A stretch of 64,000 nucleotides of DNA from Spongospora subterranea f. sp. subterranea. Taxonomy: Eukaryota. Below the pieces are notes generated by a model. That model worked only from the letters and a program-made list of their open reading frames with translations, did not search any database and was not told the origin of the DNA. The DNA is taken from positions 62,001-126,000 of the forward strand of contig JAUGWO010000102.1 in the NCBI GenBank assembly GCA_049724395.1, written 5' to 3'. Both the position numbers and the translations under genes were made by a program. How positions within the stretch are numbered: position 1 is the stretch's first letter; each line of letters starts with the position of its first letter. Shown piece by piece: positions 27,100-48,207 of this stretch.

Positions 27100-28117
27100 A
27101 TGGCGCCGGTCAAGCGAATTCAGTAATTACACGATGTTGATAACCGCCGCTTTTACTTACTAATTTTTGATGATATCTAGAAAACCGCACAGTCAGCGTA
27201 TAAAGCGTGTATTGAAGGCCAGGGAATCAAAATTGTCTGAGAATGCCAAGACGGCTATCATCGTGAAAGGGCAAAACACCAGCCAGATTATATCCAAGGC
27301 TATGGCTGATCTGGCCAGTATGAAAAAGCCATTCATCAAGAAATTGTCCAAAAAAAATGAAACTCACCCGTTCGTGGACCAGAATTCAATCGAGTTTCTA
27401 TCGACAGTGAACGATGCGTCATTGATTGTGTTTGGATCGCACTCGAAGAAGAGACCTCACAACCTCATCCTTGGCAGGTTCTTTGATCATCAAGTCAGAG
27501 ATCTATTTGAGTTCGGTATTGATTCTGACAAGTTCCGTTCAATCGATGACCTGTCTAAACACCGCTCGTCGGTTGTTCATCTGGGATCAAAGCCCATGTT
27601 CTTCTTCGCTGGAGAACAGTTTGAGCTCGATCCGGAACTCGCCTGTTTCAAAGACTTCGTCGTGGATTTCTTCCATGGTGAACAGCTGGATAAGCTAAAC
27701 CTTGCTGGACTCGATCGCGTTATTGTTTGCACCGCTGTCGACAGCAAAGTTGTTCTATTCCGTCAATACGCTGTATCTCTCAAGAATTCAGGCACCAACA
27801 TCCCTAAAGTAAAGCTGGAGGAGATGGGACCGCGTCTTGATATCACCTTTCGCAGAGCAATTCACGCCAGTGAAGGCGTTCTCAGCGATTCCCTCAAGAT
27901 GCCCAAGATCATGAAATCCAATACCCAGCGTGGTAATGTTGAAAAGGGAGATCTGGGCCAGACGCTTGGCCGTGTTCACATGCAGCGGCAAGATCTGGTT
28001 GGTTTGGCGCTACGCAGGATGAAAGGCCTGAAGAAGGAGCCGAATTCGTCAGAGGGACAGGAAGATAACGATGATAGCCTGCAGGATGAGGAGGACATCG
28101 AAATGGAAGAAGCTTAA
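27100..28117 (+). CDS. RPF2: Ribosome production factor 2 (Brix domain)
   Basis: HPF..SIEF..FGSHSKKRPHNLILGRFFD, KVKLEEMGPRLD, GRVHMQRQDL. One intron after MAPVKRI. Confidence 0.95.
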
Positions 28118-28221
28118 GTAATTAAACCCATGAGATTATAATATATGTTTTACGCCAAATGGACCACAACTACAAGAACCTCCTAATTTAGGGTTCTAGA
28201 AAATTATGGGAAAACAACAAT

Positions 28222-28940
28222 TTAGTTTCCGAATAGAATCTCTCTCATGACCGGCTTGAAATCGTCAAAGCACAATGCCAACCGGGAATTAATGGTATTG
28301 GATATCATTATCTTATCATTCTGCGCCAGAAGTTGAATTCCTCCAGCGCAGCTGCTGGGCAGGCTGTTGGCTGAGTCGACAGCCAATTCAACATCATATC
28401 CAATACCAACGTCCCTTGCCATTATCTCATTATATTGCGATTTCGCGCGGGCAATGCATTTGGTGACAATCGCCGCGTCTTCATTCCTGCATCGAATTTT
28501 TACACGATCGTCGCGAAGACGAATTAACCCTTGGACTATCAATGCAATGGTTAACTTCTCGTAAGCGGACTCGTTCGGAACCTTTGAAAGCCGTTCTAGA
28601 GCAGTTTTCCGAACAGATTCAACTAAATTTTCCTGATGCTGTAGCCGATCACGACGCGCTAACTGGATAGCAGCAGAGCGGGCACTAAATTACCATATAC
28701 ATCGATAAGAATATCGGGTAAACGCAACTTCACTGACACTTTTTGATTAGTAACTTTTTCCTTCCTCATCTGTTCAAATTCACTGATAATGTTTTGTTTT
28801 GCGACCTCAATCAGACTAAGCTTGTTGATGTTATATTCTTGATCTGTTTTAACACGGATCTCTTCAGCTTTCTCTTTCGCTTCTTGCTTGATAAATTCGA
28901 CCATTTGCGAGATCTGTCGTGAAGCCTCGGCGGAATTCAT
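28222..28940 (-). CDS. ATP6V1E: V-type H+-ATPase subunit E
   Basis: QISQMVEFIKQEAKEKAEEI, LIVQGL, GGI..KI..SNTINSRL, REILFG. Confidence 0.96.
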
Positions 28941-29101
28941 GTTTGAAAACGAAACAATACGAAAGATGATTGTGAATATCGGGTGAGGGTGTCGAATCTG
29001 GCGCCTTCCACTGGTAATCCCGATATCACACTGTCAATAATCGCCCAGACGGCTATCACTTTAGACCTCACACACAACTTGACCCGTTACTCATAACATC
29101 A

Positions 29102-30187
29102 CTATTGTGTACATACTATAGAGTCACTATCGCCATGGACTCTACTGCAGTTGTCCTGAAGCTCAAAACGTAGCCTACAGAGTTCGAAACCCAGCAAAAC
29201 TGGTTTTTTCACCAGAAACCTACTCCTCGACGCAAAAAGGGGAAACAAGGCAAAACTGGGACCTTGGCCTTCTCCCGTACACAGTATTTCTGGACCGATC
29301 TGCAAATTGTTTCAAAAAAGCAATGTTTGTCACAGATTATTTGAGGCGACATGTCCGCTCATGCGCTGCACCTTCGGTCTGCAAACGCCCATAAAGTTAT
29401 CCTTACATAATGGCAAGTTGAAAATGTCTATCAAAACGACGCTGCTATTGGAGATGGCAGTCCCCAATGCATTATCAGATAGGTGGCCAAGGCTGTACTG
29501 CTCGTCAAACACGTTTTATGAATCAGTTCGGCAATTTGAACGCATACATGCTTATCACCGTCGAAAACAAATTTGAAATCGAATTCATCAATATGTTTTG
29601 CTCATTGACAACCTCCCAAATTCTGGAAAAAGAAGCGACGTTTATCAGATCCTAAACTGAGTATAAATGACTGCGTATGGCGCCGTATCACGCTGAAAAA
29701 TCGGAAACCGTATCCTCGCATTGGCTGTAGTAAAATATTCGCAAAAATGAACAACGAGTTCCTAGCTCGACATTAAGAATAAAGTGTAATTGCCACGGGA
29801 TGGTGACAATGTCTTGCGCTTTCAGACGCAGTTCATCGTCGATATCAACCGAGGTCAATTGTTGCAGAAAGCACATCGAAGTCATAATGCTGCCGATAAG
29901 CAGATGGGCAATGCTGTGATGCAAACGGAACTGGTCTACTTGGAAGACCTGGTCTGTTACTTTGGCGACCGAAACCGACTGGGCAAATGATTACACTTTA
30001 CATCGTGCCCGTTTGTTAAACATACGGTACGGCTGAGTGCAAACCTTTTGTTTGATTTCCTATGATGACAATGACAAAGGGTGTAGTCTTTTCTGAATTT
30101 GCAGAAAACCTCTTTCGATGCTCTGCGATCGTGGATACAACAAAACAGCTCGGTAAACGAGATAAAGCAGCTTCCGATTGAAAACAA
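29102..30187 (-). CDS. Hypothetical multi-exon protein
   Basis: Several stop-free exon-sized segments on the minus strand (HHSIAHLLIGS..PWQLHFILNVEL; DIFNLPLCKDNFMGVCRPK; IGPEILCTG..). No family recognised. Confidence 0.45.
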
Positions 30188-30467
30188 ACATCAAAATGCT
30201 CATATTATAGAGGAGCAAACACTTAAGGGGTAACAAATGATGTTTTAGCTTTCGCGTGTTGAACGGCTGACCAAACCAACCATTATATTTTCAAAACTGT
30301 ATTGGAAAACAAGTACTGCTTGCTGAATGCAGAGATTTGGTTTCGATCGAACAAGCGTCCAACACTCATTATGCGCACTGCGCAGATTCTCTGACCTGAT
30401 CCCAATCAATCGTGTCGTTGGCGATTTCTTAATTACGGAACATCGTCAATTCAAATCAGGGCAAGCT

Positions 30468-30659
30468 ATGGAATTGGAAGTAAAAAGCGTCAAATCAATA
30501 GAAGTATCTAAAGCTGCTTCTCGTCTGAAAAAGTTCATCAGTAAACAGGAGCCAGAGCCCTTGGACGAAAGCATATGCAAGACCACAGTATTTCTTCACG
30601 ACGCAGTCCTGGTGCAGTTAAAGAGGTTACAGCAACATCTGCAAGATAATTATTCGTAA
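30468..30659 (+). CDS. Small 63-aa protein resembling RNA polymerase I subunit A14 (Rpa14/Ker1)
   Basis: LKKFISKQE..VLVQLKRLQQHL resembles the two conserved A14 helices as I recall them (LESFIDEKE..ISQLKRIQRDF). Confidence 0.55.
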   Translation: MELEVKSVKSIEVSKAASRLKKFISKQEPEPLDESICKTTVFLHDAVLVQLKRLQQHLQDNYS

Positions 30660-30837
30660 ATTTCCTGCTCTGTCTTTACTTTTGCTTGGTTTCCGCTTCA
30701 AGATTTTCCAAAATATTATTTATTGATGGATATAATCTGCTCCAGAATAATCTAGATATGCGGAGAGAATGATTTCTGTTTTTGTGCGTCTTCGGTGATG
30801 AAGACAGCCAAGCTATAGCACATGTTACGGCTTAGAT

Positions 30838-31496
30838 CTATTTTTTTTGGCTTTCTTCTATTCTTGCTAGAGCCTGGGTGGCCATTGACGTTAAGCTGGT
30901 AGCTAGAGCTGGAACTATTCTTGAGCTTGCCAGAGCTATGGATGAATGGGCCCCGTCAACATGATGCTGGACTTTACGTAGTGACTGATCAATTCGATTT
31001 CTATGCATCAATAGAATTGGACGTATCAACCACTTGTAGGCAATAGATGAACCCTAGATAACTTTGAATGAAAGATTTGAGAACCCTGGCGGAAGTCGTA
31101 CCCGGAACTGAGGTAGAAAACACCATGACAAATATATAATCTTGATGTCGGGATAATACGGTACTCTAAATAAACGACGTCATGAATCAAATTGAAGTAT
31201 ATACTACAGTAAATTTGACCTAGAAAAAATGATGTCCGTCACCTGATGAATAAAATGCAATGCGCCATAAACAACCCAATATGTCAGCCTGGAATACGGT
31301 TCGTCAATGTTTGTAAATAAAGTATCGGTGGGACTTACCAATGAATTTGATCATCAATACAGTTGGACTGAAGACTCTTGAATGATGCATACGCAGGATA
31401 TGCGAAAGCAATAAAAAGACTAGTCATGTTGAAAACGCAGGAAACGGTACGATTTGCTCATATTGCCTACCAAACACTTTGTAAAGAATAGACCAT
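30838..31496 (-). CDS. REEP/HVA22/Yop1 (TB2/DP1) family protein; 3' end approximate
   Basis: FIAFAYPAYASFKSL..WLTYWVVY..PGTTSARVL..IRPILL..IDQSL. Confidence 0.88.
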
Positions 31497-32464
31497 GATC
31501 GATAGGACAACAGTCGAGACGACGGCACTCGACACGATATATACAGCTGGAATACCTGATATTCGATAAAGGCGCAAGAGAAACTCTAAACGATATTGTA
31601 TAAGGATAGGGTGAAGGTTCGGGACAGACGATGATGACCGTTCCGCATGAGATGTCGATTGGCGACAGCTACCGCCTTCATTATAGGGAAGATAGTATAA
31701 TGAGCGGACCAGCCACGGCCCACACCCAACACCCGCACCGTAGGTTCTTTGATGAAACGCGAATCGATAGAAACATCATGAGAATACTGTATAGGGTGAT
31801 GACTTGCTGTGCGGGTGTACTTGGGAAACAATAGATCAACACTTGATTAAGCCGGCAATGAGTCGACGCCCAGCGCTCAACTTTCCCATTAACTCCAGCT
31901 TTACTGAGAAGTTTGGCTTTCCTCAAAGCAGAATCAATAACAATTAAACCGGTGGGTCACGGATTTGAAGGCATAAAACAGTTCAAATTATAAAAAATAT
32001 CCGATTTATTGTGTACCTCGTAGCGAGCGCGAAGCTGACTTTCAGACCCAACGTTCAGGGAGATATCATCACCAAGTAAAAAGACCGCGGTGTGATAGGA
32101 CACATCAATTACAGATTGTCAAGGCGATCAGCGGCGATAGCCCATAGACCTGCATAGAGTTAGGCCACATACCTATAGTATCAGGTACTGTTAGGCCAAC
32201 AGCCCATTACCGTACAGATACATTATAGGCCAATACTGTACTCGCTAACGCTCTATCGTTCAATCCCATCATTCAATCTTTTATCCTGCCAGGTCCATAC
32301 GGCCATCAAATCCTGTGTCCCAAATTTCAGGGCCAAGCTATTACGAATCGGATCTTATAGCTGCTAATAGTTCACCCATTCTGCAGTATCATCACGACTG
32401 ACATCTTTCCTCTACTGTATGCCTCGATAAGGGTTCCGCGCCGCCTTTTCGTCAAGGGCCAATA

Positions 32465-33680
32465 ATGGCAACCGCATCAGAGAATCCCCGTTCTCATAGT
32501 GGATATGGCGCGTACGTTGTTTTCTATACATTTCCATTTTTAGTTGAACACGATGCCGTTGAGAGTGAAATTTACAAAACGGTTCAAAATCTGGTTCCGT
32601 AATGCCTTACACTGACCTGTCTTTATTCAGTCTCGCTATCAAAGAATTGGTATCTGGTGCTGTAAGTGGTGCTATGGCAGCTATCGTAACGGCACCTCTG
32701 TATGTTTAAACTGATGTTGTTGGTCGTCAATTAATCGCTATCTGCTGGTTTATAGGGATCTTGCCAAAACCAGGATGCAAGTTCAGAAACACTATAAGCT
32801 CAGGTCTGGAGTTCCAATGAAAGTGAAAGACCTTCGATATATCAGTTTGACAGGAACGATCAAACGAACTCTGAAAGAAGAGGGAAACAGGGGTCTTTTC
32901 AAGGGTCTTGGTTCTACCATCATTGGTCTTGTTCCGAATTGGGCGATTTATTTCACATCGTATGGCAGATTAAAAAGCCTGTTCTCATCAAGAGTCATGC
33001 CGGATTGGTCGCCCAATTCAGTACATATTGCGGCTGCTATATCTGCTGGTGCGATTACGACATGTGCTACAAATCCACTTTGGCTGGTTAAAGTCCGCCT
33101 ACAAACCCAATTTTCAGCAAGCAGGTCGACTCCAACATACAGGGGGATAACACATGCCTTTGCTAAGGTGCCAATTTGTCTACGCTGGTATTCTAGTTCT
33201 TAGTGATTTTTTAGATATATTACGAAGAAGGTATTCGTGGGTTCTATAGGGGATTACCTGCGTCGCTACTAGGTGTTTCTCATGTAGCCATTCAATTTCC
33301 GCTGTATGAAGCCCTGAAAAAATACTTTGGCGCTGATGAACCTGGGAAAGGGTTAGATTTATGGGGTTTGATTAAGGCATCTTCATTGTCAAAAGTCGCT
33401 GCGTCGTCGATTACGTATCCACACGAAGTCGTGCGAACAAGGTTTCAGGTATGCTTGCGTTAAGCTTCTGTCGCTACAGGCCATTTATAATAGGTATTAG
33501 GAACAAGGGACAAAGGACGTATATAAGAACATTCTTCAATGCGTTCGTAAGATATATAGAGAAGAGGGCATCAATGCCTTCTTCCGGGGCATGAGTGCCA
33601 ACTTGGTTCGTGTCGTCCCGGCATGTGCTGTGACATTCGCCTCGTTTGAATATAGTATGAGGGCGTTACATGATATATAA
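32465..33680 (+). CDS. Mitochondrial carrier, NAD+ transporter (NDT/YIA6-like) subfamily
   Basis: PLDLAKTRMQ, PNWAIYFTSY, TNPLWLVKVRLQTQ, SHVAIQFPLYE, TYPHEVVRTRFQ. Confidence 0.92.
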
Positions 33681-33984
33681 TCTAAAACATTAATAAGTTA
33701 ATTTATCAGCATAGTTAGGTGTTTCAATTGTATCGGTGTCTATTTGTGCAACACTTGATTCATGACTATAATGCAAATGTTGATAAAAAGTACTGAAAAG
33801 TGCTTCGATGATAAACATTATTTATGTGCTGTAGCGAGTGACACCTGACAGCAAGTCCAGACGAAGGTGAATAATTGACATGTTGCGGACTCCGTGACGG
33901 AATTCGGTTAGCCTATCAGCTGCGGTGGCCGTACTCCACTCTGCTTTCCAATTTCGATTTTCTGAAATCAGATTCCAGGGCACC

Positions 33985-35824
33985 ATGGGCCAGACCAGAA
34001 AGAAATCAAAGCACGGGCTTAAAAAGACTGGTAAACGTGGTAAATCCTGCAAAAATGATGATAAATTAGTGTCAATGGGTCATATATTCCCTGTTCATAG
34101 TCATGTACCAGCTCATATTCCCCAACATCTGCAGTCATTGGCTGAGGGATTAACCAGCACTGTTCCCCTGCACCGGGCGGCAGCATGTACATCTCTGTCG
34201 AACATTGCCTTGCACAATCGCGAGTCGGCTCTGGACATCATTAATAGCGGATGCCTTCCGATCATTCTTCCACTCATTACCGATTCCGATGAGAGCGTCG
34301 CTCTTCATGCCGTTGGTCTGTTGAAAAACCTATCGATTATGGATGCGGAAGCGCTCGGCACGTTGCTGACGTCGCTGGGCGCATTCAATCCTTTAATCGG
34401 ATTACTAATTAGTCATATTGCAAAAATTGGTGATCCGTCATCCCTTGACGACCACCGTTGGAGCTGTAATATCCTATCGATATTATCGAATACTAGTGAA
34501 TACAGTGATATGTCCAATATCCCTCACGTTCGATCTGGACATATATGGTCACTTCATGTCTATGCTGCCATTCATTCCAGCCCTGATGGCGCTGTTGCCG
34601 CGATTGAGCTCTTCAGGAATTTGATCGAGGAGGATCCATCCCTGATACATTCACTGATAGCTGATCGGGACTCCATATCTGCTATCAACTCTTTATTGTC
34701 TTCGTCGCCATCTTATCATGTTCGAGCACATAGCGCTGGATTATTTTCCGATATGGCCCGTATCTGCCGTGATCGCCTCGCCGAGATTGGCCCAGCGATA
34801 TTCCCCGTTTTACTACAGTGCGTTTCCATTGACCTCCGAGCGGCCAAGGCGGATTTCATCAACTTGTTTAGTAATCGCTTAAGGGAAATTCAGGAAGAAG
34901 TCAAGCGACAATTTTCAGAGCACAGTGGTGACAACATGTTTCAAGCAAATATATCGGGCAGATCAATACCCGATGTGATTGAATCGTCATGGCACACATG
35001 TTTTGCCGTTTTTCGGGATAAGGTCATGGCCGTCTCCACAAGTAGTGAAGCGATCGCCAACATGATATGTGTTGTCGATGATGATGATGATTGGCCGGTG
35101 GAATACTTGCTGGAATCGTTACATTATCAAAATCTGGTCATGACATTGTTATCGCACGCCGCTGTTGTTGTTGATGATGATCTATCGGCAATGAGCGGTG
35201 ACATCGGAACCGATTCCTGGTCTCGTATCAACAGCCTGTTGCTGCAATCAATCGAAAGATCCCTTGAATGTGCCGGCAATGTTCTCTGCAATCGCGATAT
35301 GAGGTCTGATCAACTATTTGGCGCCGTTCTCCAGATCCTTGATCGGTTTAACCCATCTGGCACGTCTTCATCAATGTTTGAGGCGATCGGTCGCCTGCTG
35401 TCATTGACCCTGGTTCCGACCATACAGCTGTCGCAATCTCATATCGACTTGTTGTCGTCATTATCTGGTACTGGTCAGACCCCAGCTGTCAGACGATCAT
35501 TTGTCGGTTTCTTGGCATCGTACGCCACAGGTAACCCATTACAAAGCCGTTTAATTGCGACAATCCTTCTTGATCGACTTCAAGACAAAGAGATGAGCGT
35601 ATTTCTCGAGGCGGTAAATGGTCTTATCGATGTATTTTCAGATGATGGTATTCACGCCAAGACGTTGGCCGAACTTAACCTTCTTCCAATTCTGTCCACA
35701 TTACTGACAGACGAATCGAGGTGGAGATGTTTCACAAGACAATGATGAGCATTTGCTAATAGAGACTGAAGAAATCAGATGTAATCTTGATGCGTTTATC
35801 AAATATCGTACCGCATGTCCATAA
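33985..35824 (+). CDS. HEATR3: HEAT/ARM repeat protein HEATR3/Syo1-like
   Basis: Basic N-terminus MGQTRKKSK, ARM repeats, EAVNGLIDVFSDD, and DESRCNLDAFIKY after a 35721-35778 intron. Confidence 0.75.
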
Positions 35825-36139
35825 ATAAGCACTTTCTTGTATAACAGACATGTTTGGTTATCAGAGTGATCTGGGTTATTGGGCTTTCTTTCAGCCCGTG
35901 TCAGCAAACCAATACAAATAGTCAAACTACCAGAATATCGTTGAACAATGCACGTCAACGATGCATGTTAATGCTTGCCAATTGGACAAGGTTGCACAAA
36001 ATGCAGTTGATCCTGCGGTGGGCCGTTGCGCCAGGGCCAAGCGGAGTTTACAGGCGATGACCTGTTCCCACTGATTGGGTGCGCCCCGTTAGCTGTAGTC
36101 GGCCCAGCTATTACACCAATCTGCCTTTCATTGACAATC

Positions 36140-36630
36140 ATGTCATCTGTGAAAGCGATAGTTCGCATGCGCCTGGCAGCAGGAAAGGCGGCTCCATCTC
36201 CAGCGATTGGGCAGGCGATCGGGTCTCTTGGGCTGAATATCATGGAGTTCTGTAAGGTCCGGAGGCCTTAAAGCTTAAATCGGATGTTTTCTCAAACTAA
36301 TATCTTGTTTTTCAGACATTCAATAACGCATCTGCTACCTTCAAGAAATCCATTCCAATTAGGGTTTCTGTCACCGCCTTTGAGGATCGAACATTTTCCT
36401 TGGCTCTCAAGTCTCCACCAACCACATATTTCCTGAAAAAAGCCGCCGGCATTGAAACTGGAGCCAAAAATCCAGGAAAAGATAAAGTTGGAACGGTTTC
36501 CGTTCGGCAGCTTTATGAAATTGGAAAAATGAAACAGAAAGATCCTGGCATGGAAGATCTTCCTCTTCAGACTATAGTTAAGTCATTAGCGTCATCAGCA
36601 AAATCCATTGGCCTAACCGTAACATTCTAA
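36140..36630 (+). CDS. MRPL11: Mitochondrial ribosomal protein uL11
   Basis: [50 protein letters not shown]. Confidence 0.95.
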
Positions 36631-36658
36631 CATTTATATAAATCAGTATATTGTCCCA

Positions 36659-36850
36659 TAGGGTCGTATGTTCATCAACAGTTATGAGGTTTCCCTGTTA
36701 TTTGTAGTGAATCTGGTCAGATTGTCTCTGTCCCTCCCTCCGTCCCGCCGATATTCATTAGGGTCGTATGTTCATCAACAGTTATGAGGTTTCCCTGTTA
36801 TTTGTAGTGAATCTGGTTAGATTGTCTCTGTCCCCTTCCTCCGTTCCGCC
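36659..36850. repeat. 100-bp direct tandem duplication (1.9 copies)
   Basis: tagggtcgtatgttcatcaacagttatgaggtttccctgttatttgtagtgaatctggt.. starts at both 36659 and 36759. Confidence 0.95.
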
Positions 36851-37143
36851 CTCATAATCAGATAATGGTAGTCTCTAGACACCATAACCCTGCCTCGGGT
36901 TCTAGACCGGCGACAAGGACCCTCTGTATCTAGAAAGGGAGATGTGGCCTCCAGTAGTCGACAGTCCAGAGTCCCTCCCATCTGTCCCCTTGTTCTAGAC
37001 ACCGCCCGCCCTTACACCGTTATGCGATACCTGTAGCTGTAGGGGGCGAGGGGCCCCTCTTCAGTCATACCTCCTCCTCAATAGTCTATCCTAGGCCCAT
37101 TCATAACTCTCCTCAAACCACCATGATTCTCACCTCCTGTTAA

Positions 37144-40738
<3,595 letters not shown>

Positions 40739-40792
40739 CGTTTTCTAGAAAACAAATTAATAATCTAATGAATATATTATGACTCGTTAAAC

Positions 40793-45891
<5,099 letters not shown>

Positions 45892-46039
45892 AGCTCGCAA
45901 CCCCAAAACACCGATCACCCTACCCCGCAGCCGCAAAGTACCGTATCATGCCGGTCTACCGTAGCAACGACCTCGACTACCAGCATTCGGCACGTGGTGT
46001 CTACTGGCACAATACCCCACTACCATTACCTCAACCAAC

Positions 46040-48100
46040 ATGGCTGAGATGCCAGATATACACATCATTGTACCTGTACCTGACGCTGCCATTACAGAAA
46101 ACACCAGGTCGATCAATTGTGGAGGGCTGCGGTGTTTGTACACTGCTGTGTGGTGCCTCCACAGTCCACAGTCCACAGTCCACAGTCCACAGTCCAGTCT
46201 GACCAGTGAAGGAGTGTCCTTCCTGAAACCATACAGTACTTGGAGAATAGATATTGTCATCGATAGCCAGCACGTCTTGATCAGCGTTTTCAGTGGTCAA
46301 CGAAAGGACACGAAGAACAGAGGCGACGTTCTCATCGACAGCTTCCAGACAGCAAATGCCCCTGTTCCTGGTATTCGGAACTTTCTTAGGTGAAACCATT
46401 CCGGTGCACGTTGAGTTTCCGTCAACACTGTGATGTTGACGAATTCAAACTCAGCCAGACTTGTCGACCACAGCAGGAGTGGGGCTATGCCTGTATTGAT
46501 TCGTCAATTCTTTAACAGGTTTTCCCCCAATGGTTTGAGGAGCACGTCTGGCTAGGGGTCCGGTTTTTTATCGTTTCCAGCTTTGGTGATCAATTTTTAT
46601 CGACCAGGGCTTAGTTCAGGCACTGTCGTCTGCAAAACAGCAACGCGACTCAACCCACTTCTGTGTGCCAGAGCGTATTGTTTGATTCTCCCACTTGGTC
46701 CGACTCGTTTGACCGCCCAATACGACGCCATCGTCCCAGGTCTTCTCTTGAACGACCTCCCGATGCGGTCCAGGTGATTGATCAAACGTGTAATAAAACG
46801 ACTTTATCCGCTTGGCAGTGCCTACAAGACTGGTTCTCGGTGCAATCGCAGATCAATCTGCAGAAGTCCAAGTTCTACTAACACAGAGGATATGGTGGAA
46901 CCAATGGAGAAGTCAATAAGTTCACAGTTGAGGCAAGCGAAAATTTCAGGCACTGCCAAGCGGATTACCTAAGTCTTTTTATTGCACTTTGATCAATCAC
47001 CTGGAATGTTTTGTGGTTGCCCTGATCCACGTTATGCTTTTGTTTTCAGTCTCTGGTCCAGGTTACTGAACATGTCGGGTGATGTCAGACCAAGACGAAT
47101 AGCTTTGAGACTTGTTGAACATCCAATCTCATTGATGTTTTGCCTCATATTTTGCGTCCCAGAAAGCATATTCGTCCAGGATCATTTTCAGGTTCAAACC
47201 ATGACTTGTCCCAGGTGATCTTTGAATCCCCAGATCAGTCACGATTTTCGAAAATCTCAGCGGACTGAATGCAGTGCCATCGAAAATAAAGCTCATGACA
47301 CAAATCATATTTGGAGACATTCATTCTGCATTTAAACAACGCTGTCCTAAATCAAACGTCAACTCATATTTATCTCCCCAGCTGGGCATATTTGCTTAAA
47401 AAATAACTACTTCAATGTTTATCGAATAATTCCTTGCATTTATGACATCCAATGATAGTCAAAGAGCTTGACGTACGATTTTGATTCCGATTCAGGCAAC
47501 ATTATTTTAGATAGGGAAGGGAAAGTCTGTTTTCGTGGACAAGATACTGGTGGAAAAAGTCGCGACTGTAAACGGAGCGATGCTGTCCACCTGAAACTGC
47601 CCATGCGACAAAGGCTCGCCAGGTTGCACTTTGCTCTTCAAAACCCGATATCCCTTTTATCAACGGTTGAGAAGTTTTCAGTCAACAAAACGACTATTCA
47701 ATCGACAGAAGAAGAAGCAACAATGCGACTTTTAGAAGAAACAGCATTGCAAGTCGAATTCGCCTCTCACTCTAAACCCAATCATCCAGAAAGACAATTT
47801 GGTAATTAACGTCAAAATTGCGAGCTGGATCAGCGTTGCCGTTATCGTCGGTTTTGCAAAGATCCCATTGCTGAACAGAAAACCGGCTTCAGAGCAATTA
47901 TAGTCAGCTGGCATCTATTAGTGGAAGAAAGAAGCGAACGCGAACGACAACGCGCAAGAGCGCGGCGCATCAACTCCGTTGAAATTTGAAGAACTCTCAA
48001 CAGAAGAAGGCATAACCGCGCATCCTTCTGGTTTGCCGTTGCCGACGATACATCAAACATGAAAATGCATTGACTGATTTCTATGATCAGTAGGACTTCT
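46040..48100 (+). CDS. Hypothetical exons: a separate gene or the 5' part of the RCC1 gene
   Basis: Exon-sized open frames with GT/AG borders from ATG 46040. Could not be joined unambiguously. Confidence 0.35.
46159..46198. repeat. (CCACAGT)5 heptanucleotide microsatellite, probably intronic
   Basis: ccacagt x5 followed by ccagt. Confidence 0.95.
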
Positions 48101-48207
48101 GAAGCCAGCGTGACTGTGCTGCAGCGAAATGGACAACTTTCTGAAACTCATTTCAATAAATGTTTTTCAGTTTTCAACAGAACTATCAACAGGTTTGGTG
48201 ACATGGA

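Noticed and set aside
29136..29340. Plus-strand ORF with an internal TAG suggesting readthrough or a variant genetic code
   Set aside because: It is antisense to a likelier minus-strand gene, and TAA, TAG and TGA all act as stops elsewhere in the window.
31586..32100. Possible small minus-strand gene
   Set aside because: Exons could not be joined to a start codon and no motif was recognised.
35701..35824. Apparent frameshift at the HEATR3 C-terminus
   Set aside because: A 58-nt GT-AG intron (35721-35778) restores DESRCNLDAFIKY.
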